Origin: Octopus sinensis
Lineage: Eukaryota
Direction: 5' to 3'
NCBI RefSeq assembly: GCF_006345805.1
Contig: NC_043002.1
Span: forward strand, 100,254,001-100,318,000
Length of the DNA stretch: 64,000 nucleotides
This document shows positions 26,135 through 39,289 of the stretch, one piece after another. The first letter of the stretch is position 1; each line of letters begins with the position of its first letter. The notes under the pieces were generated by a model. It did not search any database. It was not told the DNA's origin and saw only the letters and a program-made list of their open reading frames with translations. Both the position numbers and the translations under genes were made by a program.

Positions 26135-27337
26135 TATATCGTCTTTCCTCTCTTTTTTCTCGCCCCTTGTTATGTTAGAAGAATTGATACTGAAGGACGC
26201 ATAAGTCATGTTAGAATAACTTCATCTCTTCGCACCATGCAAAGACAGATCTTACGAAAGCTTACCGCCTATTTTTCAAGAGAGGTTCCTTCCATTTCAT
26301 CTGTAAAGAAGAATAAACGCGTTTCATGCAAGCGCGTACTACGAACTACAGGCTTCATAACTAAGAGATTTCATGTGAAATGGCAGGTTCTGGAGCAACA
26401 TGCATTTTTATTTCTTTCTATTAGGTTCTCCTTATATCGCAGTTTATTGCTTCACTTTCTGTATTAGTATCACTTTCTGTTAGTATTTCGTCTCCTCGTC
26501 AGCTGATAGTTTTCTGCGATATGTTTGTCCATGTATCACTCACTTTTAACGTGTATGATTGTTGCTCACGGTATTTTTGCGAGACTCTTCGTGGATGGTG
26601 AACTGTTTTGTCTTACAATTAGTTTCCAATGGCACAGGGTATTTCTGTGACAAAAATATAACTCTTCTGTGCGTGTTATTTAAAGAATACCAGTATATCA
26701 GATTCCGATGTAACTTAAATCCTATGTTATCCTACTTTTCAATTGAGTTAATTTGCGAATCTTCACACAATAGCATATATACACACACACAACAAACACG
26801 TATGGGTAGAGCAGTGAATGAATCTCACAGAAAATGTCCAAGAATGCATGTTCTTTTTTACTACCGACTGAACTATAAGTCATATTGGATTAGCACCTAC
26901 GTAACAGAGCATTCCACAGACACGTTTACTCCAACTAAAATTATCTGGCAAAATCACTTTCACATGGCGTAACAAAGCTGGACATTTAAATTGAAATATA
27001 ATCCAACTGAGGGATTCCTACACACTGTTTGTCTACCCAATTTCACTTAAAGGTTATGGTTGAACTTTACCCAAGACTTACAGAAAAAGACAGGCAAGAA
27101 CCTACTCAGTAGAGCTGAAATTGAAGCCCCCTTATGAAGTAAACTTCTTAAACATTGTTTTCACTTATTGAACTACGGTACACGAGAAACGTTTTCTTAT
27201 TCCTGTTGTCTCCCCTAATTCAGGAAGAGCATGAACAAACCTGCTGAAGAAGCGATAATTGTACCTAAAACAATTATGCGTATTGGTACCTTTATTGTCA
27301 CTGCCATATACAGCTAATTAGAAATTAGAAATTAAAA

Positions 27338-28093
27338 GACGGCGAGTTTTTTTTTTAATTATCTACAAGGGGCTAAACATACAGGGGACAAAAAAGGACA
27401 GATAAAGGGGTTTAGTCGATTACATCGACCCCAGTGCGTAACTGGTACTTATTTAATCGACCCCGAAAGGATGAAAAGTCGACCTCGGCAGAATTTGAAC
27501 TCAGAACGTAGCGGAAGACGAAATCCGTATTTCTTTACTAACCACAAGGGGATAAGCACAGAGAGGACAAACAAGGTCAGACAAACGGAATAATTCGATT
27601 ACATCGACCCCAGTGCGTAACTGGTACTTAATTTATCGACCCCGAAAGGATGAAAGGCATGGTCGACCTGGGCGGAATTTGAACTCAGAACGTAACGGCA
27701 GACGATATACGGCTACGCATTTCGCCCGGCGTGCTAACGTTTCTGCCAGCTCGCTGTCTTGGTTTCAGAAGGCGGCGAGTTGGCAGAAACATTACAATTT
27801 TGTCACAGAAACTAAATGTAAGACAAAACAGTTCGCCCTCTACGAAGAGTCTCGCAAAAAATACCGGCGAGCTGGCAGAAACGTTAGCACGCCGGGCGAA
27901 ATGCGTAGCCGTATTTCGTCTGCCGTTACGTTCTGAGTTCAAATTCCGCCCAGGTCGACTTTGCCTTTCATCCTTTCGGGGTCGATAAATCAAGTACCAG
28001 TTACGCACTGGGGTCGATGTAATCGAGTTAATCCCTTTGTCTGTCGCTGTTTTCCCTCTCTATGTTTGGCCCCTTGTGGGCAATAAAGAAATA
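27338..28093. mobile_element. Nested cluster of SINE family C copies: minus partial 27364-27527, minus full 27528-27760, plus head 27769-27793, plus copy 27865-28093
   Basis: Head GGCGGCGAGCTGGCAGAAACG (A-box-like), GAGTTCAAATTCC (B-box), core GTCGACTTTGCCTTTCATCCTTTCGGGGTCGATAA. The cluster is bounded by an identical 18-bp repeat AGAAATTAGAAATTAAAA (27320-27337, 28094-28111). Confidence 0.92.
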
Positions 28094-28909
28094 AGAAATT
28101 AGAAATTAAAACCAATACATATAATAAACGATACTAAATTAGGGTTATTTTTTTTATTTTATGCATAAAAATACAGTTAAATGAGGAGTTCGGTACTTAC
28201 TAAAATGTATCAATAATATGTAAGTATTTAGTTTACTTGGAACAGACAAGGGATGTTTCATTGGCCAGAGTGATAACATTTGCCCAATCAACAAAACATG
28301 CTACGAACCAAAGTAATATAGCAAATTGAAAAAAATTACTGACTTTCCAGCGGTCAACCTTTTTCTTTAATGAATGACAGGACATTCCAGATAGTTGGGC
28401 ATCACTAATCTCTGCTCGCGATGCTAGTGCAATACACACATGAATTATGCACACGACGAAATCAAAGTAATAGCTTTCTCATCTTTTTTTTTTTTTTTTT
28501 CATTCTCGTATCTATTCTCGGAAGTTGCTCACTGAAATGTCAATGAATCATATCCGAAGTTTTAATGATGCAGATGGATTAGTCAGCAGACGGCTTGCTT
28601 CCAAATGCAACTTGCCGTGGTAACTAAAACCCATGACAATACCCTTCATTTTGAGTTATTGTTTTTTTGTTTATCTTCCTTTTATTCAAACTTTGTCATC
28701 CACAAGGGTATTGCGTAATTTCTACGATGCATCTCAGAAATATGACATTTCCGAAATTACAAATTCATCATGAATTCATATCTGTCCTTTTCTGAGATGT
28801 CAACGAGTAGCCACTACTCTGCTTTTTATCGTTGAACACATTGGCAATAACAGAAAACGGTTTTATGTATTTATTTATAGTAACAATTATATATTAGCCT
28901 GATATTGAT

Positions 28910-28970
<61 letters not shown>

Positions 28971-29182
28971 TTTCTACTCTAGGCACAAGGCCTGAAATTT
29001 GGGGCGAGGGGACCAGTCGATTATATCGACCCCAGTACGCAACTGGTACTTAATTTATCATTACCGAAAGGATGAAAGGCAAAGTCAACCTCGGTGGAAT
29101 TTGATACTAGAATGTAAAGACAGACGAAATACTGCCAAGCATTTCCCCCGGTGTGCTCACAACTTTGCCAGCTCGCCGCCTT
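28971..29182 (-). mobile_element. SINE family C copy (variant tail)
   Basis: GTCGATTATATCGACCCCAG...GAAAGGATGAAAGGCAAAGTC...TGCCAGCTCGCCGCCTT. Confidence 0.85.
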
Positions 29183-29269
29183 ATAATAATAATAATAATA
29201 ATAATATAATAATAATAATAATAATAAGCAGAAGAATTGCTGTAGTTGTTACTAATCATTATTCTTTCT

Positions 29270-29400
29270 AATTTTTGGTACAAGGCCAGCAAATATTTTG
29301 TGGTGTGGGCAAGAGAGTCGATAACACCGGCATCAGTATTTGACTAGTACGTTATTTCATCGAACTTGAATGGCAAGGTTGATCTCGGCGGAATTTACGT
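29270..29400 (-). mobile_element. SINE family C, old truncated copy
   Basis: Degenerate ACAAGGCCAGC...GGCAAGGTTGATCTCGGCGGAATTT. Confidence 0.55.
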
Positions 29401-29401
29401 T

Positions 29402-29443
<42 letters not shown>

Positions 29444-29606
29444 CACTACTACTACTACCACTACTACTACTACTACTAATACTACTATTATTACTACTAC
29501 TACTACGACTATAGCTACTACTACTACTACTATAGCTACTACTACTAGCATCACCACTACCGGTGGAGGGACTAATAGCAGCAGCAGCAGTAGTAGTAGT
29601 AGCGGC

Positions 29607-29655
<49 letters not shown>
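29402..29655. repeat. Inverted trinucleotide microsatellite: (CTA)n then (TAG)n
   Basis: (CTA)n at ~29402-29547, short centre, (AGC/AGT)n at ~29576-29655. Confidence 0.9.
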
Positions 29656-29828
29656 AAGTGAGTAATCATATTATACATCATATTAATCAGTTAAACGATA
29701 ATTGACGGGTGTCATCGCAATTATGTGTTGGGTGTACATACCTATGAATTTGATGATGATGTGTGTATACAAATCACTACAGGAAAAAGACAAAGTGAAA
29801 TTCATAAAAAATAAACTCATGTAGATAG

Positions 29829-29861
<33 letters not shown>

Positions 29862-29924
29862 CACACACACCACACACACACACATATATAACTGATTACT
29901 TAATACGTATATTAGTGTCAAATT

Positions 29925-30060
29925 TTAGCGCAAGGTCAGCTATTTCGGAGCAGGGGATAAGTTGATTACATCGATCCCAGTAATGAACTGGTACTTATTT
30001 TATCGACGAAAGGTGAAGTCGACCTCAGCGAGATTTTGGACATAGAATGTTAAGACTCTG
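29925..30060 (-). mobile_element. SINE family C, old truncated copy
   Basis: GATTACATCGATCCCAG...ACTGGTACTTATTT...AAGTCGACCTC. Confidence 0.65.
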
Positions 30061-30206
30061 AATGCAAATGCTGACAAGTGCTATCATATCGTACAGAGGA
30101 CAACATACAAAAGGTTTAGTAATACGTTTATTGTTAATTTCAGTGAGCGTCCTTTATAAGTACTGATATTTTGCATTTAGCCTTTTATTATAGAGGAAGG
30201 AAATGT

Positions 30207-30243
<37 letters not shown>

Positions 30244-30244
<1 letters not shown>

Positions 30245-30552
30245 GATGCGCAATGGCCCAGTGGTTGGGGCAGCGGACTCGCGGTCGCAGGATCGCGGTT
30301 TCGATTCCTAGACCAGGCGTTGTGAGTTTTTATTGAGTGAAAACACCTAAAGCTCCACGAGACTCCGGCAGGGGGGGGGGCGATCCCTGCTGTACTCTTT
30401 TGCCACAACTTTCTCTCATTCTTTCTTCTGTTGGCCTGCTCGCTTAGCCAGCGGGGTGGCGTCATTTGAAAGCTAAAACAATGCGAAGCGCATTGTGACC
30501 AGCGATGTGTAGCAACATCTGATAGACTGGTCGGTCACGGCGATCACAGTGA
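30244..30552 (+). mobile_element. tRNA-derived SINE (family A), full length
   Basis: A-box TGGCCCAGTGG, B-box GGTTTCGATTCC, 3' tail TGTGACCAGCGATGT...GACTGGTCGGTCAC, flanked by (TG)n and (TA)n. Confidence 0.88.
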
Positions 30553-32956
30553 TATATATATATGTATATATAATCCAGAGAGTTTCATATATAACTGATG
30601 TAAGAGTTCATTTATGAATAATGATGTCAACAGTGAGCAAGTTACTCTATAGGTGAAGGCGTGAAACAATAAAAAAAATAACGTTTTATTGTATTTCTTT
30701 GATGTATTTGATATTTTTTTACATACCCCCCCCCTTATAACAAGAAACTATGGAGGTGCTGAAAATGAGGATTAGGGCGTTTAAGCTGGTTCTGGTCGAT
30801 TTCCGTTGTTCGCTGATGAGGATTCAATTATTCAATCAACTGAATTACATAGCAACTAAGTGGCAGACTATTCAACGAATACGTGTGTCTCGGATAAAAT
30901 CAGCGTGATACGTTTTATAACCAGACTGTATCTTTTAATTTCAAGGCACTTCTATCTGGTAGACTTCCATGCGCTATCCACTTTGACTTGCAAATAATGG
31001 GGCCACGTGAAGATACGGAAAATTACGTTTCTGCAGGATACAAGCGCAGCAGAATCCAAGCCAGTTGATAATATATAAAATTGATCTAAGAAATGTGTAA
31101 CGAAAATCATATATGGAACAGTAAAGTTATGAAAACAAGTGGGACGTAATTTAAAAGTGGCTAATTTCAATTAAAAGATACGTTATAGCATCAGAGAGGC
31201 GCATCCCTAACCTCACAATCGTTTGACACAAAGATCATGTGAGAAATGAGATTTTTTACCACCTGCGCCTTCTATGATACCTAAGATGGGTGTTGCTTAT
31301 TTAGGTATACATCCAGTGTCACTAGCTCCTCAGATAGCACACACACACACACACACACACAGAGATATCTGTGTATGTATGTATGTCTGTATGTATGAAC
31401 GTATGTATATATGCATGTATGAGGCAAAATACATTGGAATCGAAACCACATCATTCAATTGCAAATGTTAAAATTTTATTACTCAATAAACCTGAAGTAA
31501 TGTCAGTCAAAATGGGTGATCTAATCATAATCAAAGGTAATCACCGTAAGAGAATATTTGCTCTCTCTCTCTCTTTCTCCCTTTACCTCTATCTATCTGT
31601 CTCATACACACACTCCCTCTATATATACACACACACATATATATATATGTTTGTGTGTGTGTGTGCATGTATGTATGTATGAACTTTTGATATGGCTTCC
31701 TTGCGGGGAATGCCTTGTAAGATAAAGATTCTTTGTTACAAAGAAGCACTTATATGAATAAGAAATAGTTGATGGTGTGTGCTTGATACATTTGTCGTAG
31801 CTATATATGCGTACATTTAAGCATAAATTTTTCTGTATGTAAATACTGTTTACAATATTATGATGGGATTTAAATATCTGAATGATATCATAAATATTAA
31901 TACATTCCCCTATAATTCTCATAAAATCTAATAGCACTTTGACTATTCATTTTCAATTGAAGTCTATCGATTTTGATTGAAATCAATATAATGACCACTG
32001 ATGGCTAGCGAAATGTTTCTAAAGAGATGCAAATTTTGTTGTCTTTGTCATCTCAATACCTGTTTTAACATAGTTTTCTTTACTCATGTCATTAATATCA
32101 ATAATAGAGACATTAAAAGCAATCTTCCGTATTCCTGTATTCCTAGCCGTTCGACAATTTAAGCTATATAGCGTATAGGAACAGGGTAAAATCAGCTAAC
32201 GCTTTCGTTGGTGAATGGCCTTTGGCATAGAGAGGTCTGGGACAAGTAGAAGACATTTGTGTTAATCATAGCTCTGAAACTTGGTTTCATTGGTTTCAGC
32301 AAACTGGACACCGCTAAATGCTCCTTAGTTGATAAGATAATTTTGTTAGACCGAGAGATATATCATGTCTATCATCGAATAAGAATTATTGTACCACTAT
32401 CCGTTGCTGTGCAGTTTCTACCTACCCAGTTTCACACAAAATGCTTGACAGAAGATATTTGCCTGTCTTGCACTATGATATCAAGTCTGGAAACATGTGA
32501 GTGTTAACACGATTTTATAACGACCCAGTTTGCTTGTTTCCATATTGTCCAATTAGATATGAGTCATTAGTAGAATCAGCAGTATTATCCATGTTTTGTC
32601 TCTTTATAATAGTTCTTAATAGTCCTACACTATCTAGTAAAACTAATATCAGATGTAACTGTAGGGACTGCTATAATTGTCCTTTCAGTAACTAATGCGT
32701 CCAGACATCTGATAAATTATACTGCTATATTGGTCCTACAGCATTAAAATTCAAATAGGTTGGAGAAATCACGTAAATTTTTTCAATAATAGGTGCAAAT
32801 TAACAAGTAAATTGCTAGGAAACTGTATTTGAAATCTTAAGGGCAGAAATTTTGATTACTTAATTTCGAGGTCAATTATCTGGATAGCAATTCTGTATAA
32901 AGAGGTGGGGATTATTTATAATTAATGCTGCATAGAGGGCACTTGAAACCCTATGA

Positions 32957-33020
32957 CAGTGGTTCCCGACCACGGGTCTGCCAACCACTGGTGGTGTCCG
33001 TGAGCTGAATTCAAAATGTC

Positions 33021-33062
<42 letters not shown>

Positions 33063-33161
33063 TCAAGGAGATCAGTGGGAAAACTCATTTAAATAATAGG
33101 GTTTGCAACCACCGTTGAGAAGTACTTTTGCGAAACACTGTGAAAAAATTGGGAACCACTG
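32957..33161. mobile_element. hAT-superfamily MITE
   Basis: TIR CAGTGGTTCCC / GGGAACCACTG; 8-bp TSD CCCTATGA (32949-32956) and CCCTATGG (33162-33169); internal (TA)n. Confidence 0.88.
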
Positions 33162-33830
33162 CCCTATGGTGTAACCTGGACTAATAAATAAACTAATCCA
33201 GATTTACATCATTCTGCTTCTTCCTTGTTCATACCCAATTAATAAGATATTTTCAGACTCGATTAGCTAATTTACATATAAGAAATTATAAAATTATATA
33301 TAGATTTCTACCTATTGCATTTATTATTTCAGTGGGATTAATATTATTCTTTCAGTCTTTTCATATATATAATCGATAAAAGAAGTACCAGCTTAGCTCT
33401 GGACTAGACGTAATCGAATAGATATCCCCACCCATTAATATTTCAGATGGTGTGACTAGAAAAGTCTATTATTTTATTTTACTGAATTTTTTATATTATA
33501 ATTTTATTATACTTTGAATGTGTTTTGGCTGTGATTTTTGTGGGAAGTTAAACAATAACTTTTATTTTATGTATTTATGTCAGACTCTCTACTCTCCATA
33601 ATCCTCTGACATTTAGTCTATGTTGCCTCTCTCTGTCGCTTTCTTTCTTTCTCTCTCTCTCTCTATCTCTATCTCTGTCTCTCACACTCACACGCACACA
33701 CACAAACATATATTTACTGATTTGTTTGCCCTCTTGTCATCCTTACTTCTTTGACACGCCTATTCCCTTTACTTATGCTGCTTTGTGAAAAACGCGTTTA
33801 ATGCTACCTAAATCTGGATCTCTCTCACTT

Positions 33831-33877
<47 letters not shown>

Positions 33878-33911
33878 ATATATGTGTATGTGTGTGTGTG
33901 TGTGTGTGTTT

Positions 33912-34232
33912 GAAGGCGCGTGGCCTAGTGGTTAGGGCATTCGGTTCACGTTCGTAAGATCGTGAATTCAAATCCCGGCGACACATTGCGTCCTTTAGCA
34001 AAACACTTTATTTCACGTTGCTCCAGTCCACTCAGCTGGCAAGAATGAGTAGTACCTGTATTTCAAAAGGACCGGCCTTGTCACATTCTGTGTCACGCTG
34101 AATCTCCCTGAGAACTACGTTAAGGGTACACCTGTACGTGGAATGCTCGGCCACTTGCACGTTAATTTCCCGAGTAAGCTGTTCCGTTGATCGTATCAGC
34201 TGGGACCCTCGTCGTCGTAACCGACGGAGTGG
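33912..34232 (+). mobile_element. tRNA-derived SINE (family D), full length
   Basis: A-box TGGCCTAGTGG, B-box-like GAATTCAAATCCC, core GCTCCAGTCCACTCAGCTG, flanked by simple repeats. Confidence 0.85.
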
Positions 34233-34265
34233 TCCTTCTATATATATATAGTTAATATATATATA

Positions 34266-34303
<38 letters not shown>

Positions 34304-35706
34304 TATATATATGCTCAGACAGCCTACTACACAGGCCATCTTGCATCTTTACTGAGCTGAATGGACTTGGCGCCACAATAGATTTTATCTAGTAGTTTAC
34401 GTGGTTTTGTGTCTTTTTAATCAATTTACTCTGTGCCCCTCACTAGGCATGTCAATATGGCTATTTTCTCGCTACATAACTGTTCTTATCCATTTACAAG
34501 TGTATTACATCTTCGAAGGTCATACTGAAATAAAGAGAGTGGGTTCCATTTAATATAATTATTTTGTGTTTCCATAACCATTGCTTATATTTTTCAGTCA
34601 TGCTGAAAGAATTATCCTTGTTCTAACTTATACTCCGCGATTGATGAAAAGAATCGTCGCTGTTCAGTTTATGTGGGATCCCTTGAATTAACTGGATTGT
34701 TTTTTCCATTCTATACGTCCTGTTTACCACTAACTATGCTAAGCATACTATTAACATCCAGTGTGTGAGTGTGAGAGTTTGATGTGCTTGCGTATATTTT
34801 CAATGCCGTTCATTTAAGCTGGTGATGTTTTCCTTGAGAATAGGGAATCCTACTTGTCTTGTGCAGTAAGAATATTCCATCTTGGAACCATATCCCGTGT
34901 CCAACAAATGTCTTCGTACTTTTAATTCCTCGTTCAGAGACTGATGTCTACGCTTTCTGCCGTTGCTATATTTTTCATTTTTATTCACATCCTTTTTCCT
35001 ACTGTTTCGGTTAACAGAAGGGAATAGTATACATTGTCTATTGTTTTGTTTTTTTCAGACAGGAGTATTTTTTGTTCAATGTGGATCGTTGCGTAAAATT
35101 AGATTCCCAGTAAAAATTTTAAAATCCCCAATCATATACATGGATCTTCAATATAAATTGTATAGGAAGCGTTCACAGATAATTTTAGTTAAGTATTTAA
35201 TATCTCATATTTTCCAAAGTATGCTGCAAACATTCCGATATATCTATATTTCATCACTACAAACAATAAGTCAGCCATATGTATAGAATTATCAAAGTCA
35301 ACTTTGCATAGATGTGCAGCCGAATGAAACTTGGTAGAACAAGGAACAAAATTACCTTCGTATGATCGATGTACCACTCTAAGCATACAGAATTGTTCTA
35401 AAGTCTCGCTCAAATGAGAGATAGATTTCCTCGCTCAAATCAGAGGTAGATTTGGTTACTGTTTTCAAAATATTTTCGGACTTATTATCTAGAGCAGTTT
35501 TGAATATTCTATGGCTCAGAAAAGATGAACTGATCGAGAGTGGAACGTCTTTGAGCTTAGGCATGCGCATCAGCTACAAGTTTAAAAATCTTATACATTT
35601 CCATGACATATGTACACATATCTTTTACTATTCCAATATCGTCTTTCTTATTATTTATCTTTCTCTTCATGCTCGTTCAAAGTGATCGTTTTTTTTTGTT
35701 GTCTTG

Positions 35707-35737
<31 letters not shown>

Positions 35738-38700
35738 CCCCTCTCTCTCTCTATTTCTACCTCTCTCTTTCGATTTATTCTCACTTCATCAATTAGTCAG
35801 CATGTTATGTTGAGTTGTGCTTTGCTACGATTTTGCATGACCATGTTGTCAATGTTAAGTTCATGAAAGCGGGACGGTCTTTCAAGTATTAGGAAACAGT
35901 TTTATACCAACGACCATGACTTTTCTCTCTCTTGTCTCTTACTTCTATCTCTCCATGCATACATACAAATGCTTACAAACACACACACACACACGTACAT
36001 TAATATACATGGGCATTCATTCACATACACATATATAACTGCTAGTGTGTGAACCAGTATACGTCTATGCGTATGTATATATATTCAGATTTGCTTTAAA
36101 AATAATGTAGCTCATTTAACCAGTAAAATCGAGCAGCCTATTATAAAAGTATGAAATATACTTCGATGGTTAGCCCAACAAAGACGTAATTTTAACATAC
36201 AAAACAAAAGATTCTATACTCAGCAACGATTGGCTTGTAGAATAAACGGTTAATATATAATATGTATTCAATTTGAAATTCTGGAATGGAAGAAGTGAAA
36301 TTGTGTTTGTTTCAATTTTATGTTGTGTCCGGTTGTGTTTTACTTTTGGAAAGTGAAAACAATTTGGGGCATCAATCTGCATTATTTAGGTTTTTGTGGT
36401 GTTGGTCGATCAGTACAGTACCCAATTTAACGGAATCATCTATTTCGTAGGCGTCGTTAATGAATTTCGCTCAATTACGTCGTATGTCCGCAAAGAGGAT
36501 AGGCACTCCATTTCCTTCAATAATTCGCTTTCTTTAAAATTCTAATTATATAAGAATAATTCATTGTTTACCTACGCTCAGATTTCAAATCTTATCCAGG
36601 TCTATTTTGTTGCTATTGTTATCTTTCAACCAACATGTGACCTCTATTTGAGAAAACTCGCGATTTAAGGCATTCCAGTAAAGAAAATCCCTCAAATTTG
36701 GGGATATTTATTTGGATAACTTTGTGAATCAGTCTTTCTATATTTGAAGAATGTTGCATGGAATTTAAGGAAGTTTTGGCTCCTACTCCGCAGCCAACAT
36801 AAAGACTTCCTCATTGACTTGTGGGATGATTCCCGGTTCGATCTTGACACCTTAAGTGCCTCTCAATAAAGATATATATGCTCTAGTCTCAGACACTCCC
36901 TTCTTAGTTATGTATTGAATCGATATAAGATCGATGTATTTATATCAAATATGTCAATATAGTGCATTGTTTAACTGACACATAGAAAGTCTAAACATAA
37001 ATATTTCGGTGGTTCTATCATTCATAAAATCGATATAGCAAACACAAATTTTCCAACCACTTTTTTTTTCTTCTTAAACGTGCACTGAGTAAATGCTGGA
37101 TGGAAAATAATTTTCGTAAATTAAGAAAGATGCCTGAAATATGCCGTCTCGATAACGGTGTGTACGAAAATAGATTTGAAATGTGTTTTATTTATTATAC
37201 ATTTAGAACTGTTGCCAAATGCCTGCATAGAGAGTCACTAATTTATGAAATAAGATTTGAATTCTGTTAGTCTGAAACTAAATTAGGTCAACAGCCATTA
37301 TAAATTCCATGCTGGACCGCTGAATATAGGGAAAAAGAAGCTCCATAGAATTTCAATTTGTTGCTTTCAGGAATGTTTGTGTGTGTAAATGTATGTCTTT
37401 TTATGCTGTGTGTGGTGGGGAGGTGAATGTCGAATGATGAAATGATCGCCTATTAGAGGTCTCGGAAAAGCTGCTAATCTCATGCTGTTAGAGACCTAAG
37501 GCCTGTGATATTAATTCCGCATATATCGTGGCATTTTTCCAAATCGAGTTCATAAGAGAGATTATAATTTCTGGCAACAAGTATAGGATATATTGCTGTA
37601 TCAGTGGTGCCTCTGTCTCTAATCTGTTATTTCAACATTGTATCCATTTTTCTGGATGTCTCTACATAATTGTTTCCATCATTCTCGCCAATTTAGCTAT
37701 TTTGGAACATATGCTCGTGGATTTATCTTCCTATATATTTCTAATAAATTTAGTTTGAAGTTTAGAACACACTTCTGAAAGACTTCAACAATTTCTCCCT
37801 TAACAAATACTAATTAGATTACCTCATGCAGTAATTTAAACTCAAGAAAGGAAAATATTGTTTTATAACACGATCCTGAAATAGAAATATATTACACGAA
37901 CTCGAATGATATTATTCCATAATTTTAAAACATATTTGATGCAATGATTAAGTCTTTTAAGCATTTCTCTATCTTTTATAAGAACTGTTCGTCCTTCAAG
38001 TTTAGTTTCCTGTATCTGAATGTATGACTCTTATTGAAGACTGTTTTTTTTTTTACTGTAGACGGTGTGACGTAGGAGACTGTTCTGAGCATACTGTTTG
38101 CAGTATTTCGTGCCAGTGTTATCTTGACAGATTATCGTTATAGTGGGTTTTTTTCTGTTTTCTTTTCCAGGCCACCAACAATATTTTAGATATATAGATA
38201 AAATGAAAGAGCAAGAGCTATAAAGCGAAAAACATGTAAAATATTCAATAGATTTAACCTGTTTGTTTGTTATGGTTATTTTGAAGGCTACAAATTTTTT
38301 TTTTTAATTCTCAGGATATGTTAACCAGAACAATAACAGCACGTTAATAGCCGATTTGACGAGTTCTGTATCTCAAGCACACCGCTTAAAGTAACTTGAC
38401 ATGTATAAACCTTTAAAACAAATTAATTAAAACTCTAAATTGAATTACCTAAATGTAGGCGTCCCCAATTACATGTGCAAGTAATTACGAAATTCTTTTT
38501 TAATGAAACAACATCCGGCACTTAAGATGATAATGATATGGATCTTATTTTGAGGAGAAAACCTCACGATGCAGCATGTTATGAATCATGTTTCCATATT
38601 CCTAAAGAATTCAATTCAGTGTTGTTTCTGTATCTATAACAACGAATTACACTGCGAGAACAAAGGATTTTGAACGTAGTCTTTCGAAATTTGAAGAATA

Positions 38701-39289
38701 GCAGCCACATTTCCTTCAAACCACATTCCATCATTTTACAAAGTGGAAGGGCACACTGGACATTATTTCCCACGGTACTTTGTAAAATAAATGGTTTAGC
38801 CACAACCAGAATTCTTTTGTCAGCATAGACCAGCTCTTAAAGTAATAAAAAATAGTTGAATAAGTACGTCTCCTCGACCATATGCATTCTACAGAGGTAT
38901 CAATTTTGCAAAGGAAAATTATAATCGCGCAATTACATATAATTAAACGGCTTAATAAGTCACTTCCTAGATGTGATGCTAGGAATAAAAGCCACATGTC
39001 TTCAGATTAAACACTATCATGTTAAAAATTAAAAGAACACATTAACGATTATAATTGTAGGTCCTCTGTGTCCGGAAATATAATAGCATCATAACTGGTG
39101 GATGAATTTAACCATAGTTCAACTGCATCAGGTCTGATGTAAAGACAACAAAAATATAAACAAGAATAGACGACAATAAGAACAACTAAACTAACTTTAA
39201 TTCTTATTTATAACTGTATTGTTTCTTCCCAGGAAAATTCATATCTAATTGTTCAAAGAAGACGTCAAATGTGACTAGTAGTGAATTCT

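Noticed and set aside
27364-28093. CRISPR-like repeat-spacer array
   Set aside because: The repeats are ~230-bp SINE copies in mixed orientation in eukaryotic DNA; no cas genes.
29352-29705. Poly-Thr/poly-Ser ORFs resembling a mucin
   Set aside because: Produced by the (CTA)n/(TAG)n microsatellite; no signal peptide or splice context.
30244-30315. tRNA gene (also 33912-33980 and the GTTCGAATCCC at ~5817)
   Set aside because: The first two are SINE heads continuing into SINE bodies with no clean cloverleaf. The third is an isolated B-box-like word.
38579-38997. Overlapping minus-strand ORFs with protein-like composition (also 12016-12282, 28233-28454, 35379-35570)
   Set aside because: No recognisable domain or splice signals; lengths are compatible with chance or with unrecognised TE debris.
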